From Octopus vulgaris (taxonomy: Eukaryota): a DNA stretch of 64,000 bases. Positions 54,503 to 64,000 of the stretch are shown piece by piece; within the stretch, counting starts at the first letter, position 1; each line of letters begins with the position of its first letter. The translations under genes were made by a program, and so were the position numbers. The stretch lies in contig OX597819.1 of assembly GCA_951406725.2 (NCBI GenBank), positions 98,146,001 to 98,210,000 on the forward strand, written 5' to 3'. Below the pieces are notes generated by a model. It was given only the letters and a program-made list of their open reading frames with translations. It did not search any database and was not told the DNA's origin.

Positions 54503-55699
54503 TTTATATATACAACGCAGTATTAGTAAATATCATGTGTGTACCATTAATGTGGTAAATACCATTAAATTATTACATTCTACATACAACCATAATCTAA
54601 AAATACAATAATTACATTCAATATGTAATCATTACATTCTGTATATATAATTAAAACATAGAATATGGGGTATGCGGATATTTTGAAAATACCTCACAGA
54701 GTGATGACCGTGCCCTGCATAGATACAGGCTGCTCTTTGGCAAGGCATAGCACCCATTCAGCCATCCTGCCAAGGATACGGTGAAGTCATGAGACTGCAG
54801 CATCATGAATTGTGAAGATGTAGTGGAAGAGCTAAACTGAGCAAATGATACTACTTACATCATTATCATCATCATTTAACGTCCATTTTCCATGCTAGCA
54901 TGGGTTGGACGGTTCAACAAAGGGTCTGGGAAGCCAGGAGGCTGCACCAGGCTCCAGTCTGATCTGGCAGTGTTTCTACAGCTGGATGCCCTTCCTAACG
55001 CCAACCACTCCATGAGTGTAGTGGGTGCTTTTTACGTGTCACTGGCACAGGTGCCAGGGGAGGCTGGCAACGGCCACGATTGGTTGGTGCTTTTTATGTG
55101 CCACCGGCACGGAAGCCAGTCAAGGTGGCGCTATTGATGCTTAACGGAGGAACCCTAAAAGACCAACGGTCAGGATCACCAAGCTCTATCCAGAGAGTAA
55201 CTGCAACTCATCCATAGTGGGATGTCCATGGTTTTGTAATGTAATCATCAGTTAATGAACAATTCACTATACTCAAGTTCCCAATCCAAATTCATATTAA
55301 TGGAACTGGATGGTGACAGAGGGTCATGGGAATCTGCAAAAACAGCAAAAAAAAAAAAAGTAATGTAAACAGTGTATAAAGTCAACAAGTCCCAGTGGTC
55401 TATAAAGCTAATAGGTGGGAGGAAGGGCTGCCTGGAGATGTCATACCCAAGGAGCAGTGTATCAATATAATCATTACCTGGTACAAGGGCAGAGGAGATT
55501 CTCAGGAAAGAAGCAACTACAGACATCAAATAGCAATTTGGTGTCTCTGTAGACAGTTCATTTGAGTGGTTAAGAAAATATATTGTGTATGTATGTGTGC
55601 GTGTGCATAAATGTATATGTATACATGTATGTGTACACACACAAAATTTCTTTGCTTATTAACTTGTTTCAGTCAATATACTGTGGCCATGCTGGGGTA

Positions 55700-55743
<44 letters not shown>

Positions 55744-55988
55744 TTATTTATTTATGCGCCCTTTTCAAGCCTAGCCAGGCTCATGGGCCTGGTTTTCCCG
55801 GTTTCTGTGGCGTATGTGTTCCCCCCAGCTGGACTGGACGCCAGTCCATTGCAGCGTTACTCAAGAAACAGGAAGAAAGAGTGAGAGAAAGTTGGGGGTG
55901 AAAGAGTACAACAGGGGTCGCCACCACCCACTGCCAGAATTGAGGACCTTTAAATGTCAGACTGGTACAATAGTGTTTTTGCCTCATG

Positions 55989-56058
<70 letters not shown>

Positions 56059-57539
56059 AAGAGAGTGAGAGGAATTTAATCGAACAAATCGAGCCCAAGA
56101 CCTACTCTTTAAGCCTAGTACTTACTTTATAGATCAGTTTTGCCGTGCAGCTAAGTTACAGGAACATAAACACACCAACAACCGTTTGTCAAGCGGTGAT
56201 GGTGTGGGGAAAAACAGACACACACACACATATATATATATATATCTGTAAAATAATATGTGACAATTATTCGGTAGCCAAGATAAAACTCTGAGTTTCG
56301 GATGCCGAGGTGGAAATCACAACACCATCTCTGAGTTTTATCTTGGCTACCGAATAATTGTCACAAATTATTTTACAGATAAATTTCCTCTATTTACATA
56401 ATATTGAGGTCTCTTTCTTTCTTTTGTTATCTTACCGTTTTTACCAATATATATATATATATATATATATATACGACGGGCTTCTTGCCGTTTTAGTCTA
56501 CCAAATTCACTCACAAGGATTTGGTCGACCTGAGACTATAGAAGCCACTTGCCCAAAGTGCCACACAGTGGGGAACCATGTGGTTCTTACCACACAACCA
56601 CATAAGACTATACCGTACAATAAGTCTTCTTTTATTTAGAGATAATATATCTAGGACTACATTTTGTAATGTGTCATTTCATTTTTTAGACGGTAACGAT
56701 TCGCTTAAAGGTGATTTCGCTGTTGTTTCTAATAATACATAAAGTTACAACATAAAATTACCAAGGGTGTTTCGGTTTAGGCACCCCTATACCTTAAGTC
56801 ATCTAACACTAAACAAAAATCCAAGGTGCATTAAAGTGAATTAATCTCCGTTTACCTCTGTTGTTAATCTCACGTTACCAGGTAATAAACCACGCAAGAC
56901 CTATTAACGAGGGTTTTTTACAACACTGGTTATCTCCCTTGTATATAACTGTGTCTTTGCCACCTCATTCACTGCACTTTGTTTTTGTTGTTTTGTAAAT
57001 AATTCACGTTAAACAGGTTGGAAATAAATATATATGTGACAGCGAATGGTGAAGAATCATGGCTTCATTTTAAAAACAATTTGAAATGCTTTAAAGCTCT
57101 CTAAACTGGAAATACCGAATCGACAGCGAAATATTAATTTTTTTAATTTTTATTTTACGAAAACTGAAAAAGAGAAAAAGCAACGAGTATTACGCGGAAA
57201 CATTCCGGTGATTTATAAATATCTGATTAAAACCTGCATTAAAAAAATATGAATTTTACGATATGATTATGTGTAAGAGTCAGTGGCACATTTACACCAT
57301 TTAAATGGTATTCGTAAAAAATTTCATTTATAAAAATATTCATTTTCATGAAAGGTATAAGGAAAGGTGGTATGTCAGAATCAGCAATAAATCCATTTTA
57401 AAAGCGTGTATATTTAGAAACAATATTTTTAAAAGTATTAATTATATGATATAATGATGCGTACGAAAGATTAATAACAAAGGTGGAGAGAAACTATTTT
57501 GTTATCGTTTTGATAGTTCAGGTAAACCATCTTTTTTTT

Positions 57540-57880
57540 TTCTTCTATACAATGTCCATTTTCTTCGGAAATTACGCCGCGATTCTCTCCATTTACTATG
57601 CCGGGTATACACACGCGCCCGCACGCACGGACACAAGTTGCAGAGTAATTAATTGTAAATTAACGTTGCTGAGTTTTAAAAAGAAAAACAATCTACGTAC
57701 CTGTTTGTTCGAGGCTTTCATACAAAATAACAGGATTGCATTATAGATGTCCCATATCTATAGTTGTAAAGGCAAGACAACCTTTACTACTTGTGAGCTG
57801 AAGATAACTGATAAAGTTTAAACCTCACATCCAAAGTCAGAAACAAAAATTGTCTGATACAAAAATGGCGGAATACTTCA
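57540..57880 (-). promoter_or_regulatory. Candidate promoter and non-coding first exon of TMEM220
   Basis: Local CpG-rich unique sequence, a YY1-like motif (aaaatggcgg, 57862-57871) and a minus-strand donor cag|gtacgt at 57701/57700. It sits near the edge of the CpG-depleted domain. Confidence 0.4.
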
Positions 57881-58550
57881 CAGGGAAATAACTCTAATAT
57901 TATTTAGTTAGAAGTTGTTGCCCTTGGACTATGAAACTAATTACTCTGTCAAACGTAATGCTTATTTTTTCGGATTGTATTGAATTAATGATGCATTATC
58001 TTGTAGCTTCGAGATTCTATGATGTGATTGTTTATTTTGAAAATGACATTGTAGGGTAGGTGTGAGAGACTAGATCTGACTACCCTGATCATAAAGCAGG
58101 TAGAATATTTTGGGTTTGATATGGCCGATTTAAATGCTAAAGGGTTAAGATGTAGGCTGTTATTTCAACGCTAAGGTACGTTTGGTTTTGAATCTTCTAC
58201 ACAGAAGAAGAAAAACAAAATTATATACATTTCTTACTTAGAGACACGGTCTCAAATTTTGAGTAAGACATCAGTCGAATATATTGACCCTAATAACGGA
58301 AGTATGAAAGCAAAGTTGACTGTAATGAGTTTTGAATTCAAAATGATGATTCATTACGTAATAAATACCGCAACACATTTTCTTAATGACGTTCTAATGA
58401 ATTGTCAGTCATTACCCATTGACTAATATCATGTTTCTTTCTCCATCACTACATAATCATTTCTTGCTAACTTTTTAATATTCTCTGTATCCGTTTACAA
58501 TAACTTGACTCTAAAAACATTGAAGACGCTAGTACAACATTCAGTGTTTA

Positions 58551-58935
58551 TCTCTCTATATATAAACGGCAGTTTGTCTGTGCGTTTTCTGTGTGTCTGT
58601 TTTCTCGTACCCTCACTCTGACCACGGCTTTCAACCGATTCTGATGAAACTTGACACACACATAGCCCAATGTCATAATTCAAAACTAACGCAGCGAAAA
58701 TTTTGAAAAGTTCCCCCAGTTCTGAAAAAAATCGATAAATTCGACATGGGGTCGAGAATCAGAAACCCAAACCACAGACCGTCTAGGGGACGCAACTCCA
58801 CCTTTTTTAACTCTCAAAAAAAAAATTTACCATCATTTTTTTCCATTTTTTTGCTATTTTTTGGCTATAACTCTCTAAAAATGCTTTATAGTTATTTCCC
58901 TTACAAACCTGAGCAACGCCGGGCGATACTGCTAG
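58551..58935 (+). mobile_element. Non-autonomous Helitron
   Basis: A|TC start with ctatatataaa, a ctgt-rich tract, ccgattctgatgaaacttg, a GC-rich subterminal hairpin and a CTAG|T end, with no TSD. Confidence 0.82.
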
Positions 58936-59604
58936 TTCACGATAAATCTATGTCTTCTTTAATGAGTCTAAGATCTGTCAGTAAACAGTAATCAATGAGG
59001 GCTAATAATACAGAAATAACGTATAGCGCTGCAGCCATACAACTAAACCCACTAAAGGAAATATTGTTAATGATGATCAGAATTATTCCACACCATTTTC
59101 TGTTTCTTTTTGCTTTTTATATCTTTAATAAATTTAATTAACTAAAAATTCCGGCGTTGTTTCCCATACCTTTCTCCACCAGAGATTTAGATGATGATTG
59201 TTATGTAGTCAGGGTACATCGAATTATTTGGTCCACTCCATAAGGTATGTTAGTGTCTATTTTACTGATATCGCACTACATGTGTTTTGCTATCGTACAT
59301 TGCTGATCTTAACTAAATCACCAGCAAATTTTGGTTGTCGTCTTCCCATTAATAATAATAACAACAACAACAACAACAACAATAATAATAATAACAATAT
59401 TAATAATCCTTTCTACAATAGGCACAAGGCCTGAAATTTGAGGAAGAGAACAAATCGATCATATCGACTCCAGTGTTTCTCTGGTACTTAATTTATCGAC
59501 CCCGAAAGTCGACCTCAACGAGATCTGTACTCATAACGTAGCGACGGGCGAAATACCGCAAAGCATTTCGTCTAGCATGCTAACGATTCTGCCAGCTCAC
59601 CGCC

Positions 59605-59657
<53 letters not shown>

Positions 59658-59700
59658 AATGATGATAATAATAATAATAATAATAATGATGATGATGATG

Positions 59701-59753
<53 letters not shown>

Positions 59754-59994
59754 CCTTTCTGCTGGAGGTACAAGGCCTCAAATTTGTGAGGAAGGGACTA
59801 GTCGATTACATCGACCCCAGTGTTTCACTGGTACTTAATTTTATCGACGCCGAAAGCATGAATGGCAAAGTCGACCTCGGCGGAATTTGAACTCATAAAG
59901 CAGCGACACGCGAAATACCGCTAAACAGCTCACTAACGATCCTGCCAGCTCACCGCTTTAATAATAACAACAACAACAACAACAAGAATGTTCG

Positions 59995-60738
59995 TTCAGC
60001 ATCCTTGAACAACCCTTATTCAGGAACCTTTTGAGCGGGATGGGCTATTTGACCTGAAGAAAATTCTAACTGGGGCCCCACCTGCAAAGTCATGCGCTGT
60101 TAAGATAAATATGAGATCATAATGTCACATACATATGGTTGTGATGCATGTACCTGGTGTACCCTTATCGGGCGGGTAGTCATCATGGGTATATTGGACT
60201 TCGTATATTTGTACCCCAATATCATGTTGATGGCATGCGCTACTCTCTCAGTCAGTAATAATGATATTTGTAGTATGAACACAAATCACAGAAAGTGGCT
60301 GAATGGGAGGCCTACAAAATCCTGTGGCATTTCCCAATCCAAACGGACCAGGTGCTTCAACACAACAAGCCGGACCTAGTGGTGGTAAGCACATGTGCCC
60401 TATAAGAGATGTGTTCCTCTCTGACCCACGAATAGTTAAGAAGGAAGGTGAAAAAATAGACATATACAATCCTCTTAAATACGTCATACCTCAACTGTGG
60501 AAAATGAAAAAGGTGATGATAGTGTTAGTTATTGTTGGACCCTTGGGGACAGTATCAGAAGGTACCAAGAAGAATATAAGGAAATGGGAATAGAGTGCCC
60601 AGTAGAGCTGTTGCAAAAATTTGCCTTCTTGGCAATATCAGAATTATGAGGAAAGGGTGAAAAGAACAGATATGCAGAGTGCAAACCTGCTACTCATGCA
60701 AGACTTCAGGAGTTCCAACATACCCTGAATTAAAAGAC

Positions 60739-60786
<48 letters not shown>

Positions 60787-61250
60787 GCAGTGCCAGACAG
60801 TGGCTCTCATGGCTTCTGATCTTAACTGATTGGAAGTATTATCATGTGCATTGTTTTGTCTTGGTATAAAAGATGGGCTACAGCAAATATTCTGCTCAGT
60901 ACCACAGATTTGCTTGTCAGTTGTTTGACCTTAACCAGTTGAGCATGTCCCTTAGTGGCTGACGATATGTGCTTCTCTGATCACAAGCAGAAGTAGTGGG
61001 GGGAGCCTCATAGCCGTATGTTGAGAGGAATTCTTAGAGGTTTGGATAATTCACCTTTGGAAACATGGTTGGTTCATTCAACATCCTTAAACAATCCTTA
61101 TTCAGGGATCTTTTGTGCGGGATGGGCTACTTGACTTGAAGAAAATTCTAACTGGGCCCCACCTGCAAGGTCATGCGCTGTTTATCTTGATATGAGATCA
61201 CCATGTCACGCACATATTGTTGTGATGCATGTGCCTGGTGTACCATACAC
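59995..61250 (+). repeat. Two copies of an unclassified interspersed repeat beside (AAT)n/(AAC)n tracts
   Basis: 60000-60165 and 61081-61243 share catcctt.aacaa.ccttattcagg..gggatgggcta..ccccacctgcaa.gtcatgcgctgtt. Confidence 0.8.
60290..60740 (+). mobile_element. R4/Dong-like LINE 3' end (restriction-like endonuclease), followed by (AAT)n
   Basis: Encodes KI.IY.PLKY.I.QLWKMKKV.IV.VIVG.LGTV. A related fragment at 61900-62140 reads LWATKRVDVIPVVTGAL. Confidence 0.7.
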
Positions 61251-61511
61251 TCTTGCCATTTTCGCAACTTTCACCCACGTTTCAGTAAACTCACTCGAGG
61301 ACAGCACTTCCATCTTCGCCCTCAATTTCCTTTTCAAGTGAAACTTGAAGAAGTTGGTTGGTGGGGTGGAAATAGCTCTGGTTTCGCAGCCATTCAAATA
61401 CCATCCCTCAACCACAAGTGGGACATCCTCCACCACCATTTTCACCTTTGACATTGTATGCTACTGACATTTGTTACCTGTGTGATTTAGGCGATTGCTA
61501 GTGACAATCAT

Positions 61512-61745
61512 ACCTATTTCTTTACTACCCACATGGGGCTAAACACAGAGGGGACAAACAAGGACACACAAACGGATTGAGTCGATTACATTGACCCCAG
61601 TGAGTAACTGGTATTTATTTAATCGACCCCGAAAGGATGAAAGGCAAAGTCGACCTCGGCGGAATTTGAGCTCAGAACGTAACGGCAGACGAAATACCAC
61701 TAAGCATTTCGCCCGGCATGCTAACGTTTCTGCCAGCTCGCCACT
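61512..61745 (-). mobile_element. SINE family A copy
   Basis: Reverse complement of the consensus, flanked by gctagtgacaatca / gctagtcacaatca. Confidence 0.85.
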
Positions 61746-62149
61746 CGCTCGCTAGTCACAATCAAACCAAAGAGGAAAGTATCTGTTCTCATGCCTTTCA
61801 GCGTCGTCCACCACACAGCCTCTTTCGCCACAGCCACCAAGCAAAAAAAAATTGGTGGCATGCTTGTCCGATTAAAGGAGAGTGGCGGAGCAATCGTCAC
61901 TGTGAACTCGGCCGCCAGACGGATCCGTCCCACACACGATGTAAGTTGTGGGCAACGAAGAGAGTGGATGTGATACCAGTGGTAACTGGGGCGCTTGAAA
62001 ATATCAGTACTCAGCTACATGGCCCCAAAAAGATTGGTACAAATGTAAAGATAGAACATCTGCAGATGTCATCATTGCTTGGAACTGAAGAGTTCTCCGG
62101 AAGGATTCTTGAAGCATGATCAGTAAACAAGTTGCACCTTAGTCTGCTG

Positions 62150-62765
62150 ACATCATCATCATCATTGTTCGACCGTGGTCGAGACAATGGAACTTACCAT
62201 GCAACACCAGACTTCACAGTCCATCTTAGCATTACGGAGGTCCTGTTGCTGAAGATTACATCAGAGTAGGAGAGTGTGCGCCCTCTGGTATCTCGAATAG
62301 ATGGCTTCCAGAGGAGAAGAGTAGAAATTGCCTCGTTTTCAGCTCTACAACAATGTGTAGCAAACTGGACTCTCTTACCTTTCACAAGAGATGACACAGG
62401 TGGTAGTTTCCCATATATTTGCATTTTGGTTGGATGACGCTTCCACGAGAGATTTTGAACTCTCATAAGGAGGCGAGTGTAGGTTCCATCCAACCGCCTC
62501 TCAAGCTTCTTTGATAACGTCCAGGTTTCTGAGCCATATAGTAGAAATGATTCGACTGTGGCTTTGAAGATTTTAAGTTTGAAATCTCTACTTAGATTTG
62601 ATGACCAGATCTTATGCTTATCATTATAAGCTGACCAGGCCATACCCTTTCTAGTTAGAAAATCTTTTTCAGATGATGATATGTATGACCCAAGATATTT
62701 GTAATCAGAAACCATATTTAAGGGCGTATTGTTGAGAGTATGGATGATGAAATCACTGTTGGACA
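62150..62765 (-). mobile_element. RTE-group LINE 3' fragment with (GAT)n tail
   Basis: ORF 62194-62715 contains YKYLGS, KLKIFKATVES.LLYGSETW and RRLDGTYTRLLMR. Confidence 0.88.
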
Positions 62766-62973
62766 GCTGACACTTACATCACACCCAGCAAAATACGATG
62801 AGTTTTAATCAAATAATGATAATTATAATGATAATGATAATATTATCAATATAAACAACAACAATAAAAAACAAGGCACTCAAAAAATTCTGGACAAAGA
62901 TTTATACAGAGTTAATATATAACACACTCACACACGCATATGTGTGTTTATGTGTGCGTGCATGCGCTCGCGC

Positions 62974-63004
<31 letters not shown>

Positions 63005-63419
63005 TGTGTGTGTTATTATATGAATAAGCCGTTACGCGCGTGTGTATTTCTGTGCCTGCATGTATATTCAGAGCTAGGCAATTGGTTAGCATCAGTATTT
63101 GAAGGGAGGTAACCCTATTAGCTAACACTTGAATTATCCCGCATATCCTAGCTAGTTCTGCTATTTCGACCCCTCCCCCTAAACACACACACACTAAAGA
63201 TGATCGTACGGTCAGTTCACACCCGATGAGTTAATTACGTAAATATGAATAATGTCATGTAACTACTTGTAGTCTATTCTGGAGATTGTATTCTGATGAA
63301 CTATATAAACTGTACCATACTGGCACTGAGAGCTTTCGTCTTGAATTACACGCACATACATTCATGTGTGTACATATATGCGTGTGTATATGTACTTGTG
63401 AGTGTGTGTCTGTATACAT

Positions 63420-63458
<39 letters not shown>

Positions 63459-64000
63459 CGCGCATACGCATGTTATATCTCCTTGGATTATGTTAATGAT
63501 GTAGTCTAGAGAGGTCCCCATTAAAAGGTTACTAAGTAGATGATAGATGACCATAAAAGAGACAGAACAGTTGGTTGGGTGGGGTGGGGGTAGGTCCAGT
63601 TTCGCAACCATTCAAATACCATCCCTCAACTACAAGCGGGACATCCTCCACCACCATTTTCACCTTTGACATTGTATGTTACTGACATCTGTTACCTGTG
63701 TGATTTAGGTGATTGCTAGTGACAATCATACATCACATGACCAAACCATCACCACCACCACAACAACAACTATTGCTACTACAACTAAGACTACTACTAC
63801 TACTAAATAATATATGGTGTGCGAAAAGGTGTAAATTTGTACATGCGCGCGCGCATATAAATACGAGAGGACATGCAAACGGCTAATGGAAAAGAAAAAT
63901 AGATTTGGAAAACCCTCTCGTCAGCTATTAAGTCCAGGATCAATGTTGTTTCGGTGCGAATATACATTTATATAGGCGTGTGAATGTGTGTGTGCATGTG

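Overview
AT-rich, microsatellite- and transposon-dense animal genomic DNA. The SINE families, Penelope tails and microsatellite load point to an octopod cephalopod; this is inferred from sequence only. The one host gene I can reconstruct is a TMEM220 homologue on the minus strand, which the ORF track misses. It has six GT-AG coding exons (37519-37385, 35377-35348, 33290-33230, 31155-31023, 28170-28105, 23770-23629; 567 nt, 188 aa) and probably a non-coding first exon near 57.7-57.9 kb. The rest is mostly repeats: tRNA-derived SINEs, two Penelope-like elements with hammerhead ribozyme motifs, RTE/CR1/R4-like LINE fragments, decayed mariner, Tigger and hAT transposons, MITEs and non-autonomous Helitrons. 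The most striking structure is an inverted copy of TMEM220 exon 3 plus its flanking intron, about 450 bp per arm, lying in the intron after coding exon 1. In the pre-mRNA it could form a long duplex that buries exon 3 and loops out the 30-nt microexon 2, making it a candidate ADAR editing-complementary sequence or splicing switch.
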